Origin: an uncultured virus (IMG/VR IMGVR_UViG_3300042866_001241)
Taxonomy: Duplodnaviria; Heunggongvirae; Uroviricota; Caudoviricetes
IMG/VR virus record: IMGVR_UViG_3300042866_001241
Length of the DNA: 64,000 nt
Reading direction: 5' to 3' (one strand)
Shown here: piece after piece, positions 24,913-35,045 of the stretch
How positions within the stretch are numbered: position 1 is the first letter of the stretch
How the letters are laid out: each line of letters begins with the position of its first letter
Translations under genes and position numbers: made by a program
Notes under the pieces: generated by a model
The model's database searches: none
What the model was told of the DNA's origin: nothing
What the model saw: the letters and a program-made list of their open reading frames with translations, nothing else

Positions 24913-25584
24913 ATGGATCTGATTCTCCTGCTCACAGCGCCCAAGAAGCACCGCGATGCCACGCTGGTAGCTTGCATCAAATCCCACATCGACAACATGC
25001 CCGACCTCGACATCAACGAGGTCGTTACCGTTGGGCCTGGAGGCGACTTCGAGGCAGACCTATCAACGCCGCGCCTCATCAACCGGGCGATGTGGTCGGT
25101 AGTGAATGACCCCGACATCTCCGAGCACTTCGTCCTTTCCAGCGATAACACCTTCCTCACCGGGCGGCACGATGCAAAGAGCATTACGTGCCTTCAGAAG
25201 AGCGACTACCTACGCAGGAAGGGCCTGTGGACGGACGCCATGGCAGCGACCATTGGCTACCTGTCCATGGACAACCGGCCGACCTACGACTACGAGACAA
25301 ACCGGCCGGTGGTGATGGACAAGGCGTTCCTGACGGCAGCGATGTCTCAGATGATCGGAGGCGCATACATGCTCAGGACGATGTACTTCAACACCTACTA
25401 CTCCGACCCGTCAAGGGTTCCGTCCAATGTGGTGGACAGGTGGCTGTACGGAATGGAGGTGAAGGACACGGTAAGCTGCTTCGCTGAGACGTGCTTCTAC
25501 CACCCCGAGTTCATGGAATGGATAAAGAAGACCTATGGCATTCTACCGCCCAGAGCAGTCCGAAAAAAGGGCTACGGTAAATAG
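24913..25584 (+). CDS. Degenerate GT-A/Stealth-like protein
   Basis: EVVTVG...HFVLSSDNTFL...YDYETNRPVVMDK...LRTMYFN resembles phage FxxMNDDFF...YExHxP family with altered catalytic motifs. Confidence 0.45.
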   Translation: MDLILLLTAPKKHRDATLVACIKSHIDNMPDLDINEVVTVGPGGDFEADLSTPRLINRAMWSVVNDPDISEHFVLSSDNTFLTGRHDAKSITCLQKSDYLRRKGLWTDAMAATIGYLSMDNRPTYDYETNRPVVMDKAFLTAAMSQMIGGAYMLRTMYFNTYYSDPSRVPSNVVDRWLYGMEVKDTVSCFAETCFYHPEFMEWIKKTYGILPPRAVRKKGYGK

Positions 25585-25795
25585 CTCGAACATCACCTCA
25601 GAAGACCTTGTGCGCGAACTCGTCCCGATCTGTGAGCGGGCAAGTGAGTACGACAGGGCTGCTGACATGATGGCCCTGAAAGCCATGGCCGGACTCTTGC
25701 GCCGGTACGGGCGTTACGTAGATGCCCTTGAGAAAAGGGTGCTGAAGGAGATCGACGATGTGAACCGAAGGGCTACGCAGGAAGCGCAGCAATGA
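25535..25795 (+). CDS. Hypothetical protein (start uncertain)
   Basis: Helical ORF overlapping the upstream gene. Confidence 0.4.
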   Translation: MAFYRPEQSEKRATVNSSNITSEDLVRELVPICERASEYDRAADMMALKAMAGLLRRYGRYVDALEKRVLKEIDDVNRRATQEAQQ

Positions 25796-26138
25796 TTTCG
25801 TCGTGGCAGGCGATGGCACCCGTCTGGTCGTTCGTCCAGCTTACCTGGTTGGTGATGTTGCCCATTGGGATGTCCATGAAATCGCACTCTTCGCGCTGGA
25901 TACGGACGAACCACACCGTGTTCCCGGTAGCAGGCAGGAAGTCCGGCTGACCGGTGGCTGGAGGTGCTGGGTTGCCCCACATATCCTGCTTGGTGAAGTC
26001 GAACTGGTCTTGGTTGCGGCGGCGGCTGTACACGAACACAACCGTGGCCTGTGTCAGGCCAAAGGTCACCGGGGTTCCACCGGTCGGCGTGTAGGTTACT
26101 GCTGTTCCTGCAATGACGACTTCGGCTGGGGTGACCAT
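25773..26138 (-). CDS. Hypothetical, possibly virion protein
   Basis: MVTPAEV..., TACATTTG box at 26168-26175 on minus strand. Shares a motif with the N-terminus of 17687-19693. Confidence 0.7.
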   Translation of the reverse strand: MVTPAEVVIAGTAVTYTPTGGTPVTFGLTQATVVFVYSRRRNQDQFDFTKQDMWGNPAPPATGQPDFLPATGNTVWFVRIQREECDFMDIPMGNITNQVSWTNDQTGAIACHDEIIAALPA

Positions 26139-26167
26139 GGCTTGCTTGGATTGTTGACGATCAGGCA

Positions 26168-26208
26168 CAAATGTAAGCGTCTAACAAACGGTTGGTGCGT
26201 TACATTTG
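26168..26208. promoter_or_regulatory. Divergent promoter pair flanking a conserved motif
   Basis: TACATTTG on both strands (26168-26175 minus, 26201-26208 plus) with CGTCTAACAAACGG at 26178-26191. Confidence 0.7.
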
Positions 26209-26214
26209 GCCCTC

Positions 26215-28563
26215 ATGGATAGGGAGTTGGCAATTCTCGATATGCACGACATGGGCCTCCCTGTCCCGGATGACCTCATCCGTGACCTCAGGGAGATGCT
26301 CAAGTCCGAGGAGCAGTCCAGCATCTTCGTTCCAACAGACGACCAGCAGGATGAGAACGGCCCGATGTACGACGGCCGCAGGCACCTATGGCTGTACGAA
26401 ACTCCGAAGGGGGTAAAGGACAACAAGGAGGTCGAGAAAGACCCGTTCTACTACGATAGGATCCCAAAGCAGTGGGTTAAGAAGTGGAAAGACAGGGAGA
26501 TAAAGCCGGAGGACTGGAAGCCGAAAGGGTGCCCCGAGGAACTCCCGACCGACATGGTGAACTTCATCCTGTCCGGCAACCCCCGCTTCGACCAACTTGC
26601 TCCATACGAGCCGTTCTACCTGTACTGCGAGTACGCACGCCGGCAGAATGAAAGCACCGTCACCGTTGAAGACTTCGCTCCAGGCGGTGACGAATGGGTT
26701 GACTACGCCATCGGGGAGGCGCACAAGGCCCGCGTCAACCACCTGTACGCCTGTGACCGGTATGGGTACATCAAGGACGACTCTCAGCCGTCCGGTTGGC
26801 GCAAGTACAAGGCGTCAACACCTCAGGCCCTGCTGTGCTGGCTGAAAAACATCGGAGTGAACTACGTCCTTGCCAAAGGGCGACAGGCGGCTATCACCTC
26901 CACCGAGATGCTCTGCGCCTCCATGCGGGTGCGCGTCATCCCGTCATACAAGGGCATTCTGCTCACGGATGACAAGGAGGAAACTGGTAAGTCCATCTTC
27001 GCGGAGAAGTTCATGGCTACCGGGCGGATGCTTCCGTACTGGATGCAGCCAAAGGATGTCATCCACGACAGCACCATGAAGGTGATGTTCGGCTTCAGCC
27101 CTGGCAAGAAGAAGGGCGAGAAGAAGCTGTTCACTACGGAGATGTCGCTGTTCGGCTCCAAGGACACACAGGCGGTCAACGGTACCTCTCCGACCGACCT
27201 ATACATCGACGAGGCTCAGAACGTAGCCACCCTTCAGAAGATCCTGATGGAGCGCCGTCCTACCTCGTGGGCTACGGTGGACGGAAAGCTCAGGCTCATT
27301 CGTCAGTCCTTCGTATGGGGAACGGCGGCAAGCAGCGATGCAGGTAAGGGGGCTTTCGAGGACAGGTTCAAGCAGGTGAAGCAGCAGATGCAGCAGGGCA
27401 AGCCGACTGGTGGTTGGGTAGCCGTGTTCTTCGATGCCTTCTGCCGACCGTATATGTCCAAGGAGATCTACTTCAAGGAGTACTACGAGGAATACATGAG
27501 CGACGACGGTGCCTTCAAAGGCATGTCCGTCGAAGAGCGCAAGGCGATGTTCTCCTCGCACTACCCGATGTCGGACGAAGACTCATTCCGTGGGTCGGCG
27601 AACACCGTCATTGGCACAGCCATCATCAACAAGCACATCCACCGTATCACCAAGCACTACCCTGGCGGACCCATGCGGGGGCGCTTCGTGCCGGTGTACG
27701 ATGAGACGAAGCCGATGCCGGAAGGCTCGTACTTCAAGTACTTCGTGAAGGACGTGCGCTTCGAGAAAGCGCCGGACAGCGACAGCTTCGCGCCCGTGTT
27801 CATGTTCAAGAACCGGGAGGAAGGGTGCATCAACAACTACTGGCAGGGAACCGACCCTATCCAAAGCTACACCGGCCTATCTCGGATGGCCTCGGTGGTC
27901 ATGGCATCTTCTGCAAAGTTCCACAAGGACGGCTCCAAGGTGTTCCACATCCCTGCCCCGGTGTGCTGGGTGAACGGTATCCGCAGCGACAACCCAAAGG
28001 ACAGCTTCGCCCAGGTGAAGCTGATGGGTATGTACTACAAGAACAAGGGGCAACGAGCGTGTCCTGAACTTGTGGAGGTAGAGCAGGGACACAACTACAT
28101 CGACTTCTGCCAGTCCCCCGCCCTGCTGTTGGAAGACAGCCTCATCGACCGCACCAGTCTGAACCCCAGCTTCCAGATCGGCAACCACCCTAAGGGGATG
28201 GCGATGAAGGAAAGTACCAAGAGCCGTGGTCACAGCCTGCTGTTGGAGATGATCGAGTACATGGGACACAACATCTGGTCCTATGACTTCTACTCGCAAC
28301 TCAAGAACATCGAGCAGGACGAAGGCAAGAACGGGTCTATCAAGTGGGGAAGCTCTGATGTCCGTCGCTTCAACGATGACCTTGTGGTAGCGATGCTCCT
28401 TGCCTACATCGCCATGACGCAGGTAGGCTCTACGCTTCCCGTGATGCGCGACGGTGTAGATGACAAGGTGTTCGAGACGGTAATGGTCCCGGTGTTCGAC
28501 GCTCCGGGATCTCTGACATTCCATTACGAAGAACGACAAGTAGAACTCTATGCCGATCAATGA
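26215..28563 (+). CDS. terL: Terminase large subunit
   Basis: LAKGRQAAITS (Walker A region), LYIDEAQ (Walker B), WGTA, GTDPI and NDDLV nuclease motifs, position before portal. Confidence 0.9.
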   Translation: MDRELAILDMHDMGLPVPDDLIRDLREMLKSEEQSSIFVPTDDQQDENGPMYDGRRHLWLYETPKGVKDNKEVEKDPFYYDRIPKQWVKKWKDREIKPEDWKPKGCPEELPTDMVNFILSGNPRFDQLAPYEPFYLYCEYARRQNESTVTVEDFAPGGDEWVDYAIGEAHKARVNHLYACDRYGYIKDDSQPSGWRKYKASTPQALLCWLKNIGVNYVLAKGRQAAITSTEMLCASMRVRVIPSYKGILLTDDKEETGKSIFAEKFMATGRMLPYWMQPKDVIHDSTMKVMFGFSPGKKKGEKKLFTTEMSLFGSKDTQAVNGTSPTDLYIDEAQNVATLQKILMERRPTSWATVDGKLRLIRQSFVWGTAASSDAGKGAFEDRFKQVKQQMQQGKPTGGWVAVFFDAFCRPYMSKEIYFKEYYEEYMSDDGAFKGMSVEERKAMFSSHYPMSDEDSFRGSANTVIGTAIINKHIHRITKHYPGGPMRGRFVPVYDETKPMPEGSYFKYFVKDVRFEKAPDSDSFAPVFMFKNREEGCINNYWQGTDPIQSYTGLSRMASVVMASSAKFHKDGSKVFHIPAPVCWVNGIRSDNPKDSFAQVKLMGMYYKNKGQRACPELVEVEQGHNYIDFCQSPALLLEDSLIDRTSLNPSFQIGNHPKGMAMKESTKSRGHSLLLEMIEYMGHNIWSYDFYSQLKNIEQDEGKNGSIKWGSSDVRRFNDDLVVAMLLAYIAMTQVGSTLPVMRDGVDDKVFETVMVPVFDAPGSLTFHYEERQVELYADQ

Positions 28564-29143
28564 CCTGCAACCGGAGGTGATGCTTGCCTTGGTCGAGAAG
28601 GACTACGTTCTTTTCGCGCCCAAAAGCGACCGTGGCCTGAAGAACGACTACCCCGAGCTTGAGAAAGCCGAGGAGTTCAAGGGCATCAGCAAGAACGACA
28701 TGAAGTTCGTGTGGGCGTGGGCGTGTCAGTCCTCCCCGTTCCACAGCATCGAGCAGAGGGAGATGAAGCTCGGAGTGTGCGTGGACTACGCATACCCCAA
28801 GGAGCAGCGTGAGCGCAAGTTCAACGAGTGGGAGAAGCGGTTCGATAGTAACATCAACCGGGCGATCGAGAAGATGGGCCGGTACAGCCTTGCTGCCAGG
28901 GTGATGGAGTACGTAGCGACCAAGATCGCCCGCGACAACTACACATCCATCCTGATGCAGGACATCAAGAGCGCAGGCCCCGACGAAAAGGAGGCGTGGC
29001 TCAAGCAGAGCATCATTGCTCAGAAGGGGTTGTCAGAGCAACGCAGCCGTGTTGAAGGCTACGACCTCGGCATTTCAGAGAAGGACGAAACACAGATGGC
29101 TGACGCGATAGATGTATTAGCCATGTACCACCAGCAAGCATAA
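28550..29143 (+). CDS. Hypothetical head-module protein
   Basis: 197 aa between terminase and portal. Confidence 0.75.
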   Translation: MPINDLQPEVMLALVEKDYVLFAPKSDRGLKNDYPELEKAEEFKGISKNDMKFVWAWACQSSPFHSIEQREMKLGVCVDYAYPKEQRERKFNEWEKRFDSNINRAIEKMGRYSLAARVMEYVATKIARDNYTSILMQDIKSAGPDEKEAWLKQSIIAQKGLSEQRSRVEGYDLGISEKDETQMADAIDVLAMYHQQA

Positions 29144-29148
29144 CGACA

Positions 29149-31413
29149 ATGATCCAAGAAGCAGACATCAGTTCGATCTCGTGGTGGCAGTGGAACAGGC
29201 TGACCTCCACCGAGAAGCCTGATATGTCCAAGCCGGAAAGCGAGAAAGGTGAGCAGTACGACCTGGACAACACTCGTCACTACTTCGCTCGGGACATTGG
29301 AACCTATGTGAACTGGATGCGCTACTGCGCTGCCGTCAACAACGGCTTCGTGTCCGGCAGGATATGGGGCCTTGGCCCTGACCGCAACAGCTTCCTGATG
29401 GACGGCATGGGTCCGACCACCCGCCAGCCATTCCTGTTCCCGCTGATGCAGCCCATGCACACCCGCTTGGTCGCACAGGGTTCACGCCTTCAGATCACAG
29501 CGAAGGCAGTCGCCCTGACCCAGCGGGCAAAGAGCCGCAGGGAAGCCGCCATCCTCAAGGCCAAGGCCATGGCCCAAGCTGCCAAGACCGGTCCTGACAT
29601 GGCTCAGGTGTACGGCGCGATGGGCGTGACGCCGGACGAGAACGAGTCCATGAAGTTCGTCGAGGACAACTTCCAAGACCCGATCGTGAAGGGCATGAAC
29701 AGCGCCCTGACCATGATGACGCGCATACAGGGGTTGGACAGCATGAAGAAGCAGCTTGCTTCCAACGTTGCCACCAGCGGTATCGGCGTGATGCACATGG
29801 TGAAGAACGGCTCCAATCTGTATTGGGAGTTGGTGGACACCGACGACTTCGTATGGGACACCAATGCACGCCGGCAGGACTTGGCGGACGGGGAGTTCAT
29901 GGGCATCGCCAAGATGCGACCCATCTCTCAGTTGTGCGAGATGTACCATGTCAAGCGCGACATCCTCAAGAAGCTCGAAGAGGCGGTGCGCGTGTACAAC
30001 CAGAACAATAGCGCGACCCCCTTCGCATCCTGGCCGACCGGTATGCCCCGCGTGTACACCTGCTACTACCGGGACGGCAAGTACATGAAGCGCGGCTTCA
30101 TTGAAGGACCGAACGGACCCGAAATGGTGACCGTCGATGAGATCAACCCGGACACCGGCAAGCCGCGCTACACCGAAGCGGACCTGATCGACCCGCCAAA
30201 GAACCAGTACACGATGAACTGGAACGGCAGGACCGACACCAAGTTCATCGAGGTGCTGAGGTACTGTACGTTCATCCCACGCGAGTACCTGCCCGGTTTC
30301 TCCAAAGACCCGAAAGAACCCGGACAGCCAAGCGACATCGTGCTTGAGCACGGTGTCTTCCACCTCCAAGAAGCCGATCCCGACCGGGAGAACGGGGTGC
30401 GCTTCCCCATCAAGGCATCCACATGGATGAACGTGGGCGGTTTCGTAGTAGCCCCGCTGACGGCCGCGCAAAGCCCTCAGCGGGTGGTGAACCAGATCAC
30501 CACCGACATCATTTGGAGGATGAGCAAGGCCCCGGTTCCTGCCCTCGTGGTGGACCGGAAGGCTATCTCTCAGGGAGGACAGAACGTGATGCAGACCCTC
30601 GCAAAGCTCAAGCGAGGAGAACCCATCGTTGCGGACAGTTCGCACGCGGGCGGCATTCCTCAGATCGTGACCACCACCAACGTGGGCATCGACCCCAACA
30701 TCTTCAGACAGTTCGAGGTGTTGGAGTCCTTGGTGAAGGCGGCAGAGGATGCCGTTGGCCTGTACAAGGACAACTTCGGAGCGCCTGGTAGCGCGAACCA
30801 ACTCGTAGGCGTGAAGCAGCTTCAGCTTCAGCAGGCCAACATCATGCAGCAGCCGTTCTTGGACGCTATCCAGTCCGTGTACGAGCAGGTTCACCAGTGC
30901 AACGCCTCTTCCGGCCGTCAGTTCTACATCCGCCATCCGTGGATCCTTCAGGACATGGTGGGAGAGGAGTCCTTCGGCTACATCATGGCTACCAAGGACT
31001 ACGAACTGGAGCAGTTCCGCGTATCCACCGACCTGACCATCGACCCCGAAGAGATCAAGCGCATAAACACCGAGGTCGTGCTGACACAACTCATGCCTGC
31101 TGGCCTGTTGGCTGGCTCTGCTGCTGCCGAAATGCTTGGACAGTCGTACCCCGAGGACAGCTACAAGAAGGCTGTGGAGTACACCAAGACCATGGAGCAG
31201 GCTCAGCAGCAAGCCGCCGAGCAACAAGCCAAGGCTGCTGAGGTTCAGATGCTGATGCAGGAAGAGGCCGGCCTTGCTCAGCAGGAGGCAGAGATGTACG
31301 ACAAGGCGATGCAGATGGCAGTGGACAGCGACAAGACCAATGCCAAGACCGCCCTGCCCGTCATCTCCAATGCCGCAAAAGCGATGTCGGAAGTCCCTGA
31401 ACCACAAGTTTGA
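29149..31413 (+). CDS. Portal protein
   Basis: 754 aa, synteny, Q/A-rich coiled C-terminus typical of podovirus portals. Confidence 0.8.
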   Translation: MIQEADISSISWWQWNRLTSTEKPDMSKPESEKGEQYDLDNTRHYFARDIGTYVNWMRYCAAVNNGFVSGRIWGLGPDRNSFLMDGMGPTTRQPFLFPLMQPMHTRLVAQGSRLQITAKAVALTQRAKSRREAAILKAKAMAQAAKTGPDMAQVYGAMGVTPDENESMKFVEDNFQDPIVKGMNSALTMMTRIQGLDSMKKQLASNVATSGIGVMHMVKNGSNLYWELVDTDDFVWDTNARRQDLADGEFMGIAKMRPISQLCEMYHVKRDILKKLEEAVRVYNQNNSATPFASWPTGMPRVYTCYYRDGKYMKRGFIEGPNGPEMVTVDEINPDTGKPRYTEADLIDPPKNQYTMNWNGRTDTKFIEVLRYCTFIPREYLPGFSKDPKEPGQPSDIVLEHGVFHLQEADPDRENGVRFPIKASTWMNVGGFVVAPLTAAQSPQRVVNQITTDIIWRMSKAPVPALVVDRKAISQGGQNVMQTLAKLKRGEPIVADSSHAGGIPQIVTTTNVGIDPNIFRQFEVLESLVKAAEDAVGLYKDNFGAPGSANQLVGVKQLQLQQANIMQQPFLDAIQSVYEQVHQCNASSGRQFYIRHPWILQDMVGEESFGYIMATKDYELEQFRVSTDLTIDPEEIKRINTEVVLTQLMPAGLLAGSAAAEMLGQSYPEDSYKKAVEYTKTMEQAQQQAAEQQAKAAEVQMLMQEEAGLAQQEAEMYDKAMQMAVDSDKTNAKTALPVISNAAKAMSEVPEPQV

Positions 31414-31416
31414 AAA

Positions 31417-31453
31417 CGTTTGTTGGACGGCTAACAAACCGACTCTATATTTG
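31417..31453 (+). promoter_or_regulatory. Promoter for scaffold/capsid genes with inverted motif pair
   Basis: CGTTTGTTGGACGGCTAACAAACC followed by TATATTTG (31446-31453). Confidence 0.7.
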
Positions 31454-31458
31454 CCACC

Positions 31459-32610
31459 ATGAGTACCACGACTCAAGATCCCACCCCGCAGACACCCCCT
31501 ACCGGGCCGTCTGCACAGCAGCTTGTAGCTGCCGCCATTTCGGGCGGTGACCCGAACTCCAACTTCATCACGACCATCGTAGAGGACAAGGAATCCGAGC
31601 GCAACCCTGTCGCCGATCCCGCTCCGACCGATACGCCGTCAGCCGACACGCCGCCTGCTGACAAGCCGGCAGATACCCCGGCCGCACAGCCTGCTGCCGT
31701 GGACCCGCTGGATGAACTGCTGTTCGGAGACAAGGCCGAAGAGCAGAAGCCGGTAGCCATCACCGAGGATGTGAAGTCCTTCGTGAAGGAGAAGTTCGGC
31801 TTCGATGACCCGGAACAGTTCACCTCCGAGTTCGCCACCGTCAAGGAGCAACTCAACCAGTTCAAGGATAAGGCGGACCAGTTCGATAAGGTGTTCGAGC
31901 GCATCTCGAACATGCCCTACGAACTGAGCAAAGCGGTGGAGGCGGCTGCGAAAGGGGAGGACTACAAGGAACTCCTGACCAAGTTGACCACCGGTGTGAC
32001 CCTGAGCAAGGAGGCCAAGGACATCGACAAGTTCGCCCTGGTGAACGAGCACTTCCCCGGCAAGTTCAACGAGGAAGAGATCGAGGCCATTAAGGACGGT
32101 GACAAGACCCTCGAAGATGCCTTCGGCAAGTACCACGACCTTGCTGCCATGAAGCACAACGACCTTCGCCAAGCGGAGGTGCAGCGGCAGCAGGGATACG
32201 TCAAGCAGCAGAACGAACTGAAGGAGGCCCACCAAAAGGCCGATGCCGCAGCCGTGGCGACCTTCAAACAGAACAAGGTGTTGGCTCAAATCTCTGACCC
32301 CGACATCATCGACAAGTTCCTCAGTGGCAAGCTCGAAGAGCAGACACTCTACAACGCGGATGGTACCAAGAGTCCTGAGTATCTCACCCTCGTGGCAAAG
32401 GGGCTGGCCTTCGACAAGATGGTCGCCCGTGTCCGCGAAGGAGCGAAGAAGCAGGGTGGTGACGAGCGCGAACTGGAGTTGCGCGGACGGCTACCCGAAC
32501 GACCCAACACCCCTCCAAGTGACCGAGGCCAGGCACCGCAGAAGGGTTCAGGGGAGGCGGATCATGTGAAGCGTGCTACGCTTGCCATCGCGGAAGCCCT
32601 GTCAATGTAA
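31459..32610 (+). CDS. Putative capsid scaffolding protein
   Basis: Acidic disordered N-terminus, coiled coil, directly before the capsid gene. Confidence 0.7.
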   Translation: MSTTTQDPTPQTPPTGPSAQQLVAAAISGGDPNSNFITTIVEDKESERNPVADPAPTDTPSADTPPADKPADTPAAQPAAVDPLDELLFGDKAEEQKPVAITEDVKSFVKEKFGFDDPEQFTSEFATVKEQLNQFKDKADQFDKVFERISNMPYELSKAVEAAAKGEDYKELLTKLTTGVTLSKEAKDIDKFALVNEHFPGKFNEEEIEAIKDGDKTLEDAFGKYHDLAAMKHNDLRQAEVQRQQGYVKQQNELKEAHQKADAAAVATFKQNKVLAQISDPDIIDKFLSGKLEEQTLYNADGTKSPEYLTLVAKGLAFDKMVARVREGAKKQGGDERELELRGRLPERPNTPPSDRGQAPQKGSGEADHVKRATLAIAEALSM

Positions 32611-32634
32611 CAACAACCCTAACATCGAACGACG

Positions 32635-33945
32635 ATGCAGACCTCGAACGTGCTGGACCTCACACAGAACTTCCAGCCCAACAACAACTACAACCTGACC
32701 TTCCCCGGCAGTCCTTACGCTGCCAACACTCCGGGGGTCAGCACCACCCTCCTGCTCGGTCCCGACGTGGACCCGAAGATCGTGGACTCCTACAACAAGC
32801 AGTTCGTGAGCACCATGTTCATGATGAGCCTCCCGAAAGTGGAGCGTGCTGGCAAGGAGGACATCTGGTTCGAGCAGCCGTACCTGATCGCCCCCACTGT
32901 GGTGCGCTCCCCCGGCGTGGTGGAAACCGCCAACCCCGGCACCGGCACGGTGACCCAGGTCATCCCGGTTACGGATGCCTGCTTCACCACGGTGGAGATC
33001 GACCACAAGCTGCTCTACCCGGACGGCAAGACGCACGGTATCGTGATCGCCAAGGGCGGCACTGCCGGCTCGTACACCGTGACCACCCGCAGCTATGAGG
33101 GCGTTGCTCTCCCTGCGCTGGTCGCCGGTGACGAACTCGGCAACAGCGGTCCCCGCAACTCCGACAGCCAGGCCATGCCGACCAGCACTTTCCGCGACAG
33201 CGTGGTGCAGTACAGCAACCTGATGGAGGACATGGGCTATTTCGCCTGTGGCTGGGATCCCCGCGACAGCGTGGAGTGGGACAACAAGGGCACGACCGAC
33301 TACAAGGGTCGTCAGATCAAGAACGTGACCAAGCGTTTCTTCAGTTCCGTCATGCAGACCATCCTGACCGGTGCTGGTGGCCGCACGACCACGACCCAGG
33401 GCAAGTTCAGCCTGTCCACCAAGGGTCTGCTGAAGCAGCAGGAGGACGCCGGCGTGAGCGTTACCCCGGTGACGACCGCCAACTGCATCGCTGCCCTGCG
33501 CGAGGCCATCTACGACAACCAACTGGACGGCCAGGAGGAGTGGGTGTTGGCTGGTCCTTCCCGCCTGCTGGACAAGTTCAGCCTCGGTGAGAAGAGCGAG
33601 CGCCTGCGCTACAAGGTAGGTGACAACACCTACAACACCACCCTGACCCGCTACGAGTTCTTCAGCGGCATCTCGGTGACCCCTCTCGCCATCGACCAGA
33701 TGGAAGACCGTGGCCTGTATGGTCAGACGCTGAAGGACGACCTCATCCTGTTCCGCAAGCAGGACGTGAAGCTGACCTACATGCGCAACTGGCCGATGTT
33801 CTCGAACATGATCAAGTTCGGCAACAACCAGAACACGACCAACCCGAGCGGCTTCGCCAACATCGACCTGGTGGCGTTCTACGCCTTCTTCGGCGTCCGC
33901 TACGAGCGTGCGTGGGCCGGTGCTCGGTTCCGCATGGCAGCATAA
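32635..33945 (+). CDS. Major capsid protein
   Basis: 436 aa, strongest codon bias in the window, synteny, hairpin immediately downstream. Confidence 0.8.
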   Translation: MQTSNVLDLTQNFQPNNNYNLTFPGSPYAANTPGVSTTLLLGPDVDPKIVDSYNKQFVSTMFMMSLPKVERAGKEDIWFEQPYLIAPTVVRSPGVVETANPGTGTVTQVIPVTDACFTTVEIDHKLLYPDGKTHGIVIAKGGTAGSYTVTTRSYEGVALPALVAGDELGNSGPRNSDSQAMPTSTFRDSVVQYSNLMEDMGYFACGWDPRDSVEWDNKGTTDYKGRQIKNVTKRFFSSVMQTILTGAGGRTTTTQGKFSLSTKGLLKQQEDAGVSVTPVTTANCIAALREAIYDNQLDGQEEWVLAGPSRLLDKFSLGEKSERLRYKVGDNTYNTTLTRYEFFSGISVTPLAIDQMEDRGLYGQTLKDDLILFRKQDVKLTYMRNWPMFSNMIKFGNNQNTTNPSGFANIDLVAFYAFFGVRYERAWAGARFRMAA

Positions 33946-33966
33946 GCTGCTGAACCCTACATGCAA

Positions 33967-33992
33967 CGCCCCCGGAAATTGTCCGGGGGCAT
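33967..33992 (+). terminator. Hairpin after the capsid gene
   Basis: GCCCCCGGA-aattg-TCCGGGGGC, weak U tract. Confidence 0.5.
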
Positions 33993-34034
33993 TGCTATAC
34001 AAGAAAGAAACCCTCACCACCACGACCAACTACC

Positions 34035-35039
34035 ATGAGCGACATTTTCCAAGCACGAATCGAGAAGGCGGAAGCCGACATCCGCGAACTCGGAGGCACC
34101 CCTCCCACCGTAGTGGCTACCATGGCCCCGGAGGACAAGCTGAAGACCTACGAGAAGCACCTGAAGGAGCTTCGCAAGGCCAAGAAGGACGAAGCAGAAC
34201 TCGGAGAAGCCGCCGCTACCAGCCTGCCGTCCGACAAGGCCATCGCCTTGATGCAGAAGCAGATGCAAGACCTGCATAAGCAGCTTCAGGATGAGCGTGA
34301 GCAGCGGCAGAAGGACAACAAGGTGCTCGACGACATCGCTGCCAAGCTGGGAGCACAGAGCCTCGTTCAGACCGGTGCCGGAACGGAGTCCATCCTCCAA
34401 AACCCCGAGTTCATCGCGGCGATGGACCGCATCATCCACGGCAAGCGCAACGAAAGCACTGGACTGATCAGTGAGCGGTACGTGAACCCAAGCGACCGCA
34501 TCGCTCCGGTGACGTTCTTCGCCACCAAGAAGTTCGGCATGCTGCGTTTCCGCGTGGAAGGTGGCGTGCGTATCGAGCCGCCCAACGGCTCTGAAGGCGT
34601 GAAGTTCACCTACAACTTCCGCAACATCGACCCGCAGACCCTGCGCATCACCACTCGCGGCCACTTCACCACCGAGAGCAAGTCGATGTACGAGTGGATC
34701 AAGAAGCACGAGAAGTACGGGGTGGAGATTTTCGAGAACCCCAATGAGGCGGACAAGATGAGCGCCAACTCCGATTGGGCCGACGCTCGTGACCGCCACA
34801 TGACCATCCTTCGCCAACGCACCGATGACCACACTATCTCAGCCGCCCTTCAGTTGGGAATCAAGTTCAACGGAGACACCCACATTCTCGAATTGCAGCG
34901 CCTCGTAGCTGAGCGCCTGGCGAACAAGGAGTTCGAGCAGCGCACCAGCGAACGCGCCGAGTTCCTCAAGGAGCGTCAGGCCGATGCCCTGCTGATGGAC
35001 CGTGTGGCCGGCGTGAAAGCGATGTCCCCAACCGCGTAA
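34035..35039 (+). CDS. Hypothetical protein after capsid gene
   Basis: 334 aa, coiled-coil N-terminus. Confidence 0.75.
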   Translation: MSDIFQARIEKAEADIRELGGTPPTVVATMAPEDKLKTYEKHLKELRKAKKDEAELGEAAATSLPSDKAIALMQKQMQDLHKQLQDEREQRQKDNKVLDDIAAKLGAQSLVQTGAGTESILQNPEFIAAMDRIIHGKRNESTGLISERYVNPSDRIAPVTFFATKKFGMLRFRVEGGVRIEPPNGSEGVKFTYNFRNIDPQTLRITTRGHFTTESKSMYEWIKKHEKYGVEIFENPNEADKMSANSDWADARDRHMTILRQRTDDHTISAALQLGIKFNGDTHILELQRLVAERLANKEFEQRTSERAEFLKERQADALLMDRVAGVKAMSPTA

Positions 35040-35045
35040 CGAACG

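Noticed and set aside
29482..34029. Long antisense ORFs (29482-31476, 32602-34029; also 56105-57829 and 61099-63069)
   Set aside because: Shadow frames produced by strong GC3 bias opposite clear structural genes.
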